From NCBI GenBank assembly GCA_964016885.1, contig OZ024743.1, positions 108,190,001-108,254,000 on the forward strand: a stretch of DNA of 64,000 nucleotides. Reading direction: 5' to 3'. Both the position numbers and the translations under genes were made by a program. Source of the stretch: Eledone cirrhosa. Taxonomy: Eukaryota. Positions 42,459 to 59,308 of this stretch are shown one piece after another (position 1 is the stretch's first letter; the number at the start of each line of letters is the position of its first letter). The notes under the pieces are model-generated. The model ran no database searches. It was not told where the DNA came from and worked only from the letters and a program-made list of their open reading frames with translations.

Positions 42459-42729
42459 GAAATATTAATGTAAATATATATGTTGTTGAAGTTGCCTGTT
42501 TCCAAGTCAGTTATTAATCGATTTAACCAATGATTCTGAAAGTGGATTCCACGACATAAATAGTTTGTTACCACTGAATTAAAGTATCTAGTTTTTTCTG
42601 CAATAGTCTTATCTCATAGAATAAATTAATATATATACTTTCTATTTTGAGGAGGGCATAGTATATTCTTAGTTAAATCTCACGCCATTACTTGTTGGGC
42701 AAATGACAATGAAGTCGATCCATCATTTA

Positions 42730-42839
<110 letters not shown>

Positions 42840-42864
42840 TGCGTGTGTGTGTGTGAATGTATCT

Positions 42865-43120
42865 ATTTTAGTAGGTGCGCTGTACCACCCGTGTTTCTCC
42901 AGCGCTCTCAGCTGGCAGAAATGAGCTATATCTGGAATTCAATGGGACAGTCTCGTCAACCAATGCCACACAGTATCTTCCTGAGATCTACGTTAAGGTT
43001 ACATGTGTATAGAATGCTCAGCCCTAGATTGCACGTTAATTTCACGAGCAAGCCTTCACGTTGCGCAAAGACCTGGCTACTAGGACGTCAATTTAACCGA
43101 CGAAGGTCCAACAACAACAA
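42865..43120 (+). mobile_element. SINE family 2, 5'-decayed
   Basis: CTCAGCTGGCAGAAATGAG, GAATGCTCAGCC...TTGCACGTTAATTTCACGAGCA, (CAA)n tail. Confidence 0.65.
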
Positions 43121-43211
43121 CATCAGCATGTATTTTTGTATCTACCTTGCAAGTATATGACTATGGCCAAGCATATGAGATTAAATAAAACATTTAGTGT
43201 CCATTATGTCA

Positions 43212-43285
43212 AGGGGTCGATAAAATAAAGTACCAGTAATGCACTGGGTAATTGCTGGCCTTGTGCCTAAAGTAGAAACAATTAT
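43212..43285 (+). mobile_element. SINE family 1, heavily 5'-truncated
   Basis: TSD ATTATGTCAA at 43203-43212 and 43281-43290. Confidence 0.9.
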
Positions 43286-43334
43286 GTCAACTGGGAAATA
43301 TATATTCATGTTTCTGCGTTTTAAAACTATATAT

Positions 43335-43399
<65 letters not shown>

Positions 43400-43424
43400 T
43401 ATATTGTATATATACATATATATG

Positions 43425-43511
<87 letters not shown>

Positions 43512-44006
43512 TACATATGTGTGTGTGTGTATGTGAGTGCCTGTGTGAGTGTGTGTGTGTGAAAACACATGGACATCATGTTTAAATCAAGTATTTCTAA
43601 TTACCCTGCTTGTATGTCCCGTGTGAAAAAATCGCAATACACTATTTATTCCAACATATACTTTGCTACATCTAATTTCATTCGTAGAAAAACAACACCA
43701 AAGATCAAAAATTCTACTAAAAATATCCTATGCTCTGATGCTTCTATTAAAGCTTGTGCGACTCTCAGTATGTTTGTTGCGTGTTTTTTTTACGTGTACA
43801 ATGGGAGGAATAAATAAATAAATAAAGTATATATATATATATATATATATACTCAAGTAGAGTTAGTTCAGACTGATTTAACTCCACCCAAATATATACA
43901 ATGTATGCTCATGTAAAACATACGCATACGTATATATTCGTGTATGTACGTATGCATTTACGTATGTTTCTTAACATAGGTCTATATGATTCCCTTGCTT
44001 TATCTC

Positions 44007-44151
<145 letters not shown>

Positions 44152-44190
44152 ATATATATATATATATATATAAATATAATATATATATAT

Positions 44191-44277
<87 letters not shown>

Positions 44278-44426
44278 AGTATATATGTATTTAATTATAT
44301 ATGTATATTTTTATAGAACTTAAGTGCCGCCTGGATTACATCAATATTCAGAACACGAACACTTGTTTTTATTTTACATTTGTTTTACATACGTTATATA
44401 GCTCTATATATAAATATATATTATAC

Positions 44427-44574
<148 letters not shown>

Positions 44575-45020
44575 GAGAGCGAGAGAGAATATATATACAA
44601 ACGTATATTTTTCTATATATACGTTATATGTATGGACCCGTAAACCTGGTGGAGTTATTTGGCTGCCGTAGTGGTATACGTTGTGTCTTAAGTATTTACA
44701 GTTTGGAAGAGCACGTTACCTTTCCACACTCGATTTCTTCGAAAATACTCGAATGAGGAAGAGGGAAATTGAGAAAGTGAGAAATAAAAACTCCAATAAT
44801 TGTACTCAATCGAAAGGATGGAACAATTACGTAATGTTATCCGACGTTCTAAAGTCTCTGTCCATTCAGCGCCTAGTATGGCTTTACATTTCAGGCTCTA
44901 TCCCACAATGCTGGTGATTGTTTTAACCGGTTTACATTTACACCAGTAAATTACACCTGGTAAATGATGTTACCTGTTTCCGGAAAGATGAAAGGCATAT
45001 TTGAACGGCAAGAATTAAAC

Positions 45021-45307
45021 CAGGCATTGGCAACCTTGTTCGAGAAGCGGGTTCGCATGACATAGGGTCATCATCAGGCGGGCCGCAAGAGCTAATTTAC
45101 ATTCGTGTCCACATTAAAAAAATAAGGGTGGTAACTCAGGTTGTTTTGATTTGTTTTCTTCTGAATTCGTTCACGTTGTTTCCCTCGATCATAAAAAATG
45201 ATAGAAAGATAAATTACGACTGAAAAGCTGGATTTAAAAAAATCTGAAAGATTTCACTTAAGTGATTTATTCGAGCCATTCAGAAAGTCGCAGGTTGGCC
45301 ATGACTG
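45021..45307. mobile_element. hAT-type MITE nested in an old SINE
   Basis: TIRs CAGGCATTGGCAACCT / AGGTTGGCCATGACTG; 8-bp TSD AATTAAAC / ATTTAAAC; flanks join into a minus-strand SINE (GATGAAAGGCA...). Confidence 0.7.
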
Positions 45308-45823
45308 ATTTAAACTCTGGATGTGAAGCGTCGTAACTAAATGACACACGGAATTTCTTTCTACGCTCTATCAAGTCTTTGAAACAGACATTTCTATATA
45401 TAACTATCTGTTTTAAATGTATTAATATATTCTGTTTTAGGTTCAGTGTCTCATTCCTTTCATCGTTTTATAGCTTGTTTTTAATGAATTTTATGGAGTC
45501 GATAATTCACGAAAAAGCGCAACGATGGTAGGGTTAATTCAACTCCTCACTTTAAAACTAAAAGAATAAGGCTTTTGACGGCATTAATATCCGGCCACAG
45601 TTCAGCTGACATGTTTCACAACGTACTATATGTTTAAGCCGAAGAACATTACTCAATCCTTTAAACACTAACCTCTCCAAAATTGACTCTACCAAAGTGT
45701 TTGACATAAATTTCATTATTATATAGTAGATATACTTCCGTAGTGAATTATGATTCAGTTGAAAGATAGCTATCTCACTAAATCCTCACATAATGATGAT
45801 TTTAGAATACACACACACATACA

Positions 45824-45885
<62 letters not shown>

Positions 45886-45940
45886 CAAATTTTAAACGTA
45901 AACATGTAAGTATGTTTGTGAAACGGTGCGCGAGGCTGAA

Positions 45941-46052
45941 ATTAGAAATTAGAAATTATAAGCTTTCACCGTATTTTAGACTAAAGAAATTTCTAGCCTG
46001 AAATTTCTTTTGTCTAAAATACGGTGAAAGCTTATAATTTCTAATTTCTAAT
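45941..46052. repeat. ~112-bp near-perfect hairpin
   Basis: ATTAGAAATTAGAAATTATAAGCTTTCACCGTATTTTAGAC...GTCTAAAATACGGTGAAAGCTTATAATTTCTAATTTCTAAT. Confidence 0.9.
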
Positions 46053-46067
46053 ATATATATATATATA

Positions 46068-46666
46068 TGGTGGCTGCCAACTCGCTTTCGAGTACGGTCA
46101 CTACATTATATCCATGCAGGAGAACCCCTACCGATGCGCTGAACGAGTGCGACTTTTTAGTCGACTTGAACAATTTGGTACTAACACTACACTTGTGACA
46201 ATTATTGACACAGTGCTGGGCCCATGGTACCATGTAACGACAGGTGCAGAGAGATCTCCAGATATAAAGCAATGCCTGTGCCGTGAAGCTTTTATAGTGA
46301 GCAAAGGCACTGCACAAAGCCAGTCCCACTCTCTTAACCAAGATGATATTTACCAAGAAGAAGAACAAGTCAACGTCATTGGATACCATCAGAGTTGCAG
46401 GTGTTATATCAGAGTTTTCCTTCTCCTAGAATTCTGCCTTGACAAAGGCTAAGAGGTCATCTCTCTCCGTGATTTTGGGTGGCCATTGACTCTTAATAGC
46501 TCCTTTGCCCTTTGAAAGGTTTTGTTTTTAGTCGTGCAGGATCTCCAAAGTCACCCTCCTCACCAAGAAACCTTGGTGGGGTTGCCAGTTTAGTCGCCAA
46601 CGACCCGACCGTGAGACAGGTTGTACTGGGATACATGTTACCAGTAGCACCAACTGGTGACCTGCC
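46068..46666 (-). mobile_element. Probable RTE-clade LINE 5' region
   Basis: GC-richer block between (TA)n and (CATA)n; AGAGTTTTCCTTCTCCTAG...AAGGCT resembles reversed RTE 5'UTRs; HDV-ribozyme-like remnant at the predicted 5' end. Confidence 0.5.
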
Positions 46667-46723
46667 ATACATGCATACATACATACATACATACATACAT
46701 ACATACATACATACATACATACA

Positions 46724-46755
<32 letters not shown>

Positions 46756-47068
46756 CATAAATTGTTGTTTAATATACTATTGTTCTTAAAACAATAACTG
46801 GATGATCACTGTTTGTGTAGAGTTAACAATTCCTTTTCTGCAAAGAAAAGTGACAGTGAATTCAGATGTCAGTTCATTGCATCATTTGGGTGAGTCCAAT
46901 ATCTGAAATTTGCCTATTTATAATGTTCATTAAAACAAAACAACCTTCAAGTAATAAGTATGCAAATCAAACCCCAAAGCTTCAAAAATAAAACTTGTAA
47001 ATAGGCATAATCCAAACACGTCCGTTGCAAATTGAAGCAGTAATCTCATACTTGGAAATCATTTGTAC

Positions 47069-47170
<102 letters not shown>

Positions 47171-49153
47171 TGAATGTATATATTCCTTTAGGTGTTTGTA
47201 TAAATCTGTTATCAAATTGCTGTCTTTAATGAAACGAATCGGCTCTGCAGTAAGCGTTGTTTTCTCCTTCTTGTCTTCTGAGTTACAAACTATATAAAGC
47301 AAAATGTCCTCCGCATGAAAGAAACCATGATAGGAAGAGAAGAAAAAATACTCGATTAAAAGAAAACTGACTGTATAAACACATCCAAAAATACAAGTAA
47401 AACTGTGCTGATAATTCTTTACAATTTATCTCTATTCATTCTCATTTTATGTATTCATTCATTCATTTCTTTATTCTTAAAATCCTAATCTCATCCTTTT
47501 TCCTTTCTTCTTCTTGATTCTCCTTCCAACGTCATGAAATGAATTTCAGTGGCCATCATTTTTAAGATTTTTTTTTTTTGTATTTTTAATTTCGTGTAGT
47601 TGCTATCTTGATGTTTTTGTTATAAATTTATTAACAAGTATTATCCAATTTAGTAGCGATACAATAAATTTGGTAAACAATTTCATTTATTTAACCATTT
47701 CTCTCTGTCACTTTTTTCTCCTCCAAGTATGTTCTTCTCTTTGAGATTTTCTCTAACAATCTAAAATAAACAACAACAACAATACAGAAAAAAAGAGAAA
47801 GAAAAACAATACTATAAAGGTACTACAAAATAAAGTGTATTTCTTAAAGGAGGAGAATCGAAGTTTGATTTGATGATGAAATTAATGTTAGTTTTCAACA
47901 ACAACAGGCGTTCGCGTAAAATAAAGGGATGGGAGAAAAAAATAGACGGATTTATTTTTTATTATTTTCTAAGAGTCAAATAAACGCGCAAATGGAGATT
48001 CCAAACAGACAAAATTAAAAAAAGAAAATAGGGAAAAAGTAAAAACAAAAAACAGGATGTAATTTTTTTTTCATTCAAAAATAAAGAATTTCTAAAATAA
48101 ACAAAATGTTATTTTTTAATAAAATTAAACGAAAAAGAGAAGCAAATTTGCACTAAAAACAAAGAATATATATTAAATAAACGTGAGGAAAACTTATACA
48201 ATCACGAAAAAATATTACACAAAACAACAATAACAATTATAATGTCGTCGTCATCACGACCACCATACCAACAACAACAAAAATAAGGATTTTTGTAGGA
48301 ATAATAGCGGTGAAATTGGTACGGTGGGGTGATAGTAGTAGTGATGGAGATGGTGGCTGTATTGTTAGAAGTAATGGTGGTGATAGTTGTCGTACTAATA
48401 GTATTAGTGATTGTTGTCTTTGTTGTAGTTGTTGTTGTTATAACAGCGGCAGTAACGTTGTAAGAACAGCAGCAGAACGTATTATACACATAATTTAAAG
48501 ATAATTTAGTTATTCTTCACAAAAACAACTCCATGACAACATCAACAAGAACAGGAACAAAACAAAAATAGTAAAAAATTGTTTTTTTAATGGATGTATA
48601 AATATTTTTTTTTCTTTAAATCTTATTTATTCCTTTGTATTCAACATTCCGGGGTGATATATTTGTCTTATTTCAATAGTTTTTTTTTAGTATTTTATCT
48701 ATTATTTTGGGGGGTTATTTGCCATCTAATCCTTATTTCTCATTTAGTTTAGTTTATTTTTCAAGGTTGATTCTGATAAATCCCATATCCAGGCAGGATA
48801 CAGTGAATTAGACGAGCGGTAGTTGTATAGTGTGTGCAGGATGAGCAATAACAATTATGTTAGCATATAGTTGCTTCTAGAACCCGAGCATAACAAATAG
48901 ATTTGTAAACATGCCACGTACACATATGTTCGCACACAGTACTATATAAAGATATACATCGATAGGTAGTGGGATAGTTAGTGATAGAATGATATATATA
49001 TACATACACATATATACATTTATATTCTTAACCTGAATTTCTTCAGTTTTAAATATATAATTAACACTCAAAACTTGCAGTACTCTTCTTGTTTCGTTGG
49101 AAATCTACTATCTTAGAATATATATATATATATATATATAGATATATATATAT

Positions 49154-49232
49154 AACGAAGGAGTTGTGGTAAGGTCCTGAAATAGCCGTCGAAACCGCTT
49201 GAGCTCTGCCTCCGGGGTCATACTTTCTCCTA
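49154..49232. mobile_element. HHR family B fragment with inversion
   Basis: Terminus AACGAAGGAGTTGTGGTAAGG (-) joined to the HHR 3' half GTCGAAACCGCTTGAGCTCTGCCTCCGGGGTC (+); in (TA)n. Confidence 0.75.
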
Positions 49233-49445
49233 TATATATCGGCAGGTAGCTCGAGACATGGTCGATGTATGTGACCATGCCTCGACCTACCTGCCGGCGA
49301 AACAATTGTAACACGCAATAAATTGAGTCCAGATGCATCACTGATTTTTCGTTATTTTACACTATCCACGCTCTACTCTGTTGAATATTGAGTGCTAATT
49401 TTGGCATACCACCTATGGAAGCACCATAGCTACCATTATACACAA

Positions 49446-49619
<174 letters not shown>

Positions 49620-50279
49620 ATATGTATGTATGTACGTATGTGTGTATTTATGTATATATGTATGTATGTATATATGTGTGTGTGTGTAGACGAAGTGATT
49701 ATGGATATGTGTATGTATGTATATATATGTGTGTAGAAATATATGGACGAAGAGAAAATTACACACTAACGTTCATCAATCTTTTGGAAAGTCGTAAACG
49801 TGAAAATCAGAGAGCTACAATTCGATAATTACTAGGAATGCCCTCTCCTTGAACTTTCTTAACATCGTCTTTGTAGTGTAGTTGTTTTAATAATTCAACA
49901 CAACAATCATCAGCATCGCCTTCATCGTTCTCCTCCTTCTTGTACTCAACGTCATATGTTCGACTCACAATCACTTGACTCTGGCCATCATACATGTAAT
50001 ATTTTCTTGTTATTTTTTTTTCTAATTCTCATGTTGAGGCATTTCTTTTTAATTTGCTTCCATCTACTTTACCAAACGTAAAACAAGAAAACTCTATAAA
50101 TTAAAATGGCGAATTCGCTGTCTCGATATTGAAGACACCAATTATTTAGAGAAGCAAGTCTTTACGTTTGGTATTGTTATCAGTTACTAGACGAATCAGT
50201 AGGTCAGTGTACAATGGCAGTTATTTCCATCTTTTTTACATTCAACTGATTTCAGTAGAGTAAGAGAGGCAAGAACGAC

Positions 50280-50348
<69 letters not shown>

Positions 50349-50665
50349 TGTGTGTATATATATGCATATATATATATGTATATATACATACTTCATATAC
50401 TAAAAACAATTTATATTGAAGTTTCGGACGGTTGCCCTTCACCGGAACATGTAATGAAAAGTAAAATACGAAATAGAACGATATAGGAGCATAAGAAGAG
50501 GAATAAACGGGAACAGAAATGAAGAAAACAAACGTCTGTGTTCAGTAAGTCACACATACACACGCATGTCTGTTCGTGTGTATGTGTGTTAATGCGCGCG
50601 TATGTGTAATATGATAAGAAATAAAAGAAACGTGTATACACACACACACACACACACACACACAG

Positions 50666-50764
<99 letters not shown>

Positions 50765-50766
50765 CG

Positions 50767-50877
<111 letters not shown>

Positions 50878-51092
50878 CAATAGTACATTATATACAACTA
50901 ATTAAATGCCTTGACCTGAAATCTGAAGTAGAATCTTTTAAATCAGCTCTGAAGCTTACCATTCACTAATTGAGGGTGTCTGGTGATAGCAGAATGAAGT
51001 AAAAAAAAAAAAGAACCAAAACAGTAAAACAACATAAGGGCGAAGAAAACATTCATGAAATTAAAGAGAAAGAGATTAAGATAGACAGGGAT

Positions 51093-51159
<67 letters not shown>

Positions 51160-52158
51160 AGGAAAGAATGAATGAATGGAATTGAAAGCTGAATTTGTTT
51201 TTAAATCAACATTCTTATTGATATTTTGTGGGAGTAGCAATATGAAAGATGAGAGGAGTTCTCTAAAATGTACTTTAAATATGTAGAGAAAGAAAATAAA
51301 GGATTAAATGAAGAAAAATAAATAAAATTGTATGATGCGATAGATTGAAAGAGAGAGAACAAATAAAATATACACAAAAAATATGAATAATGAAATATCT
51401 TGAAAATATTTCATATAAATGTGGGAGTAGAAAGAGAAAAAAAATGTCTGACATAAATGAACCATAGGAGATTCTAAACACTAGAGGGAACAATCAACTA
51501 AGACCAACATTGTCAGCCATTTTGCTTAACTATTCTATTTTCATTTCTAGTTTCGTTTAGGTATATTTCAAACCATGAACTTTTGCTCTATATTTCAGCA
51601 CCATTCCATTTTTCATTACGACGCCCTCCCTACACATACGCACACACACACACACACACATACACACACACACACATACACACACGCACATACACACGTA
51701 CGCACACACACAAACACACACACACACGCGCACTGACGCAGGCACAGATACTCCTCCAGACACAAATACATATTCTCTCTTTGGTTTCAAAGTTTCTTTA
51801 TAACTCGTTCTTGCTGATATGTATTTATATATTTATAGCTTGTATCTAAACTCCTTTGCCGGCCAACTTTGAAACTATTTCTTCTTTCACAATTTCACCG
51901 CGTTGTCTTTCATCTTTACAACCAATTCTTTATTCTATCTCCTTTATTTAATCATTGTCTGTGTCAATCTTTCTTTCGTCCGTTATTTTATCTGTGCCCC
52001 CACACAAAACACAATCCATTTTCTCTTTCTCCGCCATATCTACCTTTTTTCTTCCTTTGCTCTACATTTGTATGTTATTCACTTTCTCACTTGCAGTATT
52101 TCCATTTGTTCTACCTGTCGCCCATATATATATATTTATATATATATATATGTGTGTG

Positions 52159-52211
<53 letters not shown>

Positions 52212-53801
52212 ACTAATGGGAAAATAAATGTCATACTGAAGTAGGTTAATGGCGTATTGCACTTGAAATGGCTTTAACGAGGAATGAACACATATTTTTT
52301 TATGAACATAAGTGTTTATTTGATGTTTTTTTTCTTCCCCCAACTAGTACCTCATTTGAATAATAATAATAATGCATCTGCCTCCTAATTCGGTTAATTA
52401 TATTTATATTGATTAATAATTCGAATTTTAAAAAATCACAGGTATACTGAAAAATATTAAACGAATGTAGAAAAGAAAAATAAGACTAGAAATTCAAATG
52501 TAACCTTATTCTTTATATCTAAGCCGTAAAGAAAAAAAAGGGTATTAATCAAAGAACAGTGCTATTTTTCAGTTATCGTCTGTGACGAATGTATTAAAAA
52601 CTTTAAACATACATTTTATCTTGCAAAAACGCTGTTTGCACTACTTCGTAACTCGGCTGTCATGTCTAATTATCTTCTATCAAAAAGATAAAGAAGTATT
52701 CCTTGAAAATGATGCTGATTCTGATAATAATAATGATAATGCGAGCGGCAAAGTACATCTTCAAACACTAATGGTTGATTTGATCAGCAAGTTATTATTC
52801 CACATGCGTTCAGGAATGATTTTGTACGAATTATTATTACAAGACAAATAAAGAAATAAATTAACAAACAAACAAGTAAACATATGGAGATGTTTTCTTT
52901 TCCATTATTTTCTCTAAAAATTTGCGTCAGAGACTATTCCCACATCAAATCATATTTTTAATTAAGATAACGATCCTAAGTGTTCTACAGTAATATCTAA
53001 AGAGGTGCTTATTACTGATCCTGTTGAAAGTGCTGGGTCGTGTGCATGCATATACATGGAAGAGGTGAAGCATGGACCAAGTAAAAGAGTATAGAGGTTG
53101 CCATATATATCATTCAATTTATAATGATTGAGGTGATGTTGTTTACGACTATGTACATCTTTATCCGGACGAATCAAAGTATGTTATAATAATACGGAGC
53201 CAGTTATTCGGTCAACGGAAGAGCTTGCACATGAAAGTATTGCGTAAGTGTCTAAGCATTCGACAGACACGTAATACGCAGGGGGAATCGGCGTAATTTT
53301 AGTGCCTGGCAATGTGGGCCACATTTTATGATTCGTGATGAGGCCATGGTAGAGAACGCTTGCCCAAGATTTCACGCTGTTGTATCGAAAACTAATGACC
53401 GGAAAGCAAACGTCCTACCAATTTAGTCATTCTACGCCTACCAGTTTAGTCATTTTATGTGTCTGTGTATGTAGACATAAATATATGTAAATATGTATGA
53501 ATTTGTATATTTGCGTGTATGTATATACGTATGCATGCATACATGCCTATATTTGTATAAGATATAATAGTATATTGCTGTATTATATGGCTGGAAAATA
53601 GTTTTAAATTTGAGACAATAGTCTTTCATTGAGAAATAGAAGAAAAAGCAAGATAGAGGTGATTAAAAAAGTGAAGGGAGATGTAAATTGGAATAAGATC
53701 ACGTATTGTTGTTTTATAGTCAGCCATCGTGAGAATGGAATATGTATGTGTATTTATATAAAGTCTATCAATTTCCCCCTTCTATTTCGGTATGTATATA
53801 T

Positions 53802-53937
53802 GTCCAGAAATAGCTGTCGAAACGGCATGAGCTCTGCCGTCGGGGTCATACTTTCTCCTATTTCCCACTCTACTACCCTAAGTTTTGAGTACTCTGGTGC
53901 GTTATGGTCCATCTGGTTCCTTACCACAATTTCTTTG

Positions 53938-53940
<3 letters not shown>
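53802..53940 (+). mobile_element. HHR family B element, 5'-truncated within the HHR
   Basis: GTCGAAACGGCATGAGCTCTGCCGTCGGGGTC...CCTTACCACAATTTCTTTGTTA then (TA)n. Confidence 0.85.
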
Positions 53941-53990
<50 letters not shown>

Positions 53991-54444
53991 GGGGGGGGGG
54001 GGGATTGGGGTTGTATATATATATGTGTAAACAATTCTGCACAAGAAGATATCAGTGTAAAAGACGTATGCATATGAATGTATGCATATAAGTGTATGTC
54101 TGTAGGAACGTAGGTGCGTCGGGTCTTCTTTATATACGTATTCCGTCGTGAGCGTATGCGCGCGTGCGTGCATGTATGAGAGTGACTCTAAGTATCGGGC
54201 CGAGTAAGAATTCACGTGTGTGATGTGAATAGATCGGCAGGGGGCATTTTAAATGATTCAGGTCTGAGGTGAAAGCAGATATTTAAAAGACACCCCTGTC
54301 AAGGACACAAGGAACAAAGCCTTTTTCACACACTATTTACTTACATCCACACATATAATTACCGTTCACATATGTTTACGCACTCACAAAGAAACATACA
54401 GCTCTCTAAATAAAATTGCACACGATTCTCTAAATAAAAATAAA

Positions 54445-54541
<97 letters not shown>

Positions 54542-54976
54542 GTGTGTGTCTGCGTGTGCGAGAGTGGTTGTGTGTTTCTGTGTAGGTATGTGTGTGTGCG
54601 TGTTAGAAAACGATGAAGTTACAATGAAATATATTTCTATTTTTATTGTTTATTGACCCGTTACGCGCGTTTCGCAGAAGATTGGCTCAAATTCGATCAT
54701 GGATGAGTGTAATCACGTGAATAGAAATGGGTGTCCCAGTTTCTGAGTTTGGAACCAAATGCGTTGTTAATGCAATGATACTGCTGGGATGAGTCCTGGT
54801 TTAAAGTCATAAATTCAACAGCCAAAGATCAACGATTTGGATAGATCCATGTTGCTTATAATTTGACGGCGTAACAGAAAATGAGAAATGGTCAAAGTGC
54901 ATATCAATATCACTCATATACGTTCACAGGCGAAACCTTTAACATTTCCATTAAACCCTGCCAACTCCTAAAATGT

Positions 54977-55025
<49 letters not shown>

Positions 55026-55329
55026 GTATGTTTGTGTGTGGTGTGCGTATAACTGTGTGTATGGGGCCGTAACTCCTAATGGATATTGGTATGGTGTTCA
55101 GCACAGTGAATTTCTTCGACCGAAGGAGAGATAGATCCATATATTAAATATCGACCTTGAAAGCAAGATCTGCAACGTTGACATCGGTGGGATTTGAACT
55201 CAAAGAGCGAATAATTCGTTTACGAATACCGCAAAGCATTCCTTCTGACGTTTTAACGATTCAGTCATTCCGCCGCCAGCATGTCTATCTATCTCTTTCC
55301 CCCCCCCCCCACCCTCCTCTCTCTATATC

Positions 55330-55454
<125 letters not shown>

Positions 55455-55576
55455 ACATATATATATATATATGTTGACAAGGGGTACCGGGGTATAACCA
55501 TAGTAAAAATGTTTCATGATACGCTGATAGAGTATAGGCATCTTTTGGCAGTATCCGTAGAGGGTCGGACGCCATG

Positions 55577-55667
<91 letters not shown>

Positions 55668-55671
55668 AGAG

Positions 55672-55731
<60 letters not shown>

Positions 55732-56499
55732 GTAGAATTGAAGTCAATTTTGCTCTATTGGCAATTACAATTTGTTCGATATCGATCAGCTCAAGGTGCA
55801 CTCTTAAGGACGGTGCCCGATACCTCTTCGACATCTCCTCAGATATGTGAGTTTACTTGGCAAAGACAGCGTCCTCAATTGTGGAATACAACCCAACAAG
55901 AGACCCGACCTTGTAACAGCATTGAGTGCTTCGACTGTGCGCCGCCTGTAACTGTAGTTACAAACCCAACTAACATATATACATACACACCCTACTACAT
56001 TAGTTTCGTTGATGTGTTATTAATTTCAACGTTAATGTCCATGATGGTGATGATGATTGCAATTATAAGGTTGATGTTGTAGGTTATGGTGTCGGCAATG
56101 ACGATGGTAGCGACGATAGCAAGGGCGGCGTTATGCTGGTGATTATGAATCTGATGAAATTCAAGATGCTACACAAGGTCTTTTGTTCTACAGAAAGCTG
56201 TTGGCTTGCTCGACATGACGTCCGAACCAAACTACCAGTACAGCACATGTCTGCTAGTGCTTCGTAAACTGTTGGCAATGACATATACACACACACACAC
56301 ACACACAAGCACACACAAACACACACACACAATCACACACAAACACACACAAACACACACAGACAAGCACACACAAACACACACCCGCACTCTCTCTCTC
56401 TCTCTCCCTTCTCTCCCTCTCACACACACATACCACATCCATATTTAGAGGCAGACACACATACTCAGACATATGGTTATATATATATATATATGAAAC

Positions 56500-56682
56500 A
56501 GTATGACCCCGACGGCAGAGCTCAAGCCGTTTGGACGCCTATTTCTGGACTAAATTATGAACGAAACGGCTTGAGCTCTGCCGTCGGGGTCATACTTTTT
56601 CCTATTTCCCATTCTACTACCCTAAGTACTGAGTAATCTGGTGCGTTATGGTCCATCTGGCTCCTTACAACAAATCCTTTGT

Positions 56683-56685
<3 letters not shown>
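56500..56685 (+). mobile_element. HHR family B element with 5' inversion
   Basis: Inverted AGTATGACCCCGACGGCAGAGCTC precedes GAAACGGCTTGAGCTCTGCCGTCGGGGTCATACT; ends CCTTTGTTA(TA)n. Confidence 0.85.
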
Positions 56686-56768
<83 letters not shown>

Positions 56769-56780
56769 TATGTGTGTGTT

Positions 56781-56822
<42 letters not shown>

Positions 56823-57035
56823 AACACATACACACATAGAAAACATACACATGCGTACACACGCATACACACATACTTATATATGTTTATGCTGGCATAC
56901 ACCCACATAGTCAGAGGGATGGGTACATACACAAAAACAAACACATACACAGAAACGCATAGATACAAACATACACGCATGCACATACACACACATTCAT
57001 AAATATACAAAGAAAGAAACATATAAAGGTAGCAG

Positions 57036-57092
<57 letters not shown>

Positions 57093-57209
57093 ATAGATCA
57101 GAGGCAGGTTGTTAGATTGATATATAGATATACATATATACATATACACACATATAGAGAGAGTGAGCGAGAGGGAGAGAAAGATATATAGAGAGAGAGA
57201 GAGATAGAG

Positions 57210-57248
<39 letters not shown>

Positions 57249-57293
57249 TAGATATCTTAGATAGATAGATTAGACATATAGATTGACATAAAT

Positions 57294-57336
<43 letters not shown>

Positions 57337-57900
57337 TACAGAAAATGTTTCTAAAAGGAGGCTAGATTCATAACTGTGTTGATTGTATATGTGAGTGAGA
57401 GATGATATTGAAAAGAGGAGAGAGAGAGGAGTGATGAGTGAGGTTGGAGAGTGAGGTGTGTTGAGAAAGGACAGAAAAGCTATAAGGCGGGAGGTTAGAA
57501 ATGAAATGAAGGTTTTTGGGGGTATTTGCATGTGCGTGCTGTAATTACTACGGAATTCCATCTGGCTACGTCGAATTTGTGAGTACATCATTGTGTTGGG
57601 ATAACGTTTAGGGTCCATGCGAGGTGTGTGAGTGTGATGGTAGCGGTGGTGATGGGGTGATGCTCGCATGGTGATTCATGGATGAATTATTTATCTATCT
57701 TTTCCCTGTGTGCACATGTGTGTGCGTGTCTGCGTGTATGTCATCGTATGCGTGTATGTGCGTATATGAACATCGTAAACGTGTACACCTTCTCTTTCGG
57801 GGATATTTGACGTAGACAGAGAAAAGCAGAAAGAAACGAAATATAGGACTGAATGGGTGTATGAATTGGCAGAGATGCATATATATATATATATATATGG

Positions 57901-57999
<99 letters not shown>

Positions 58000-58009
58000 A
58001 TATATATAT

Positions 58010-58113
<104 letters not shown>

Positions 58114-58145
58114 ATATATATATCCATATATATATATATATATAT

Positions 58146-58192
58146 AACGAAGGAAATGTGGTAAGGAACCAGGTGGACCATAACGCACCAAA
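58146..58192 (-). mobile_element. HHR family B 3' terminus
   Basis: AACGAAGGAAATGTGGTAAGGAACCAGGTGGACCATAACGCACCA, between (TA)n tracts. Confidence 0.8.
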
Positions 58193-58290
58193 GTACTATA
58201 TATATATAGAGTAATAATAATAAATTTGAAGACTAAAATCCAAAGAGGGCTCGATAAGGATAAATATATAAGAACCGTAGAGTAAAAATT

Positions 58291-59086
<796 letters not shown>

Positions 59087-59308
59087 GGACATTTCTGACG
59101 ATTTCAAACGAATGTAACATTTCTAGTCGTGTAGGGGTCATTTCTAAATATATATGTATATATGAATGTATATATAAGGGTATATATGCATACGCGGTAA
59201 TTCAATGTTCCAGCATGGTCTTAGACATGGCATTACAAATGGACTAAATAATATGTAAACCTAGATTGAGAGGTGGATGAACAAATCGATAGAGAGTTAT
59301 TTGGATCT

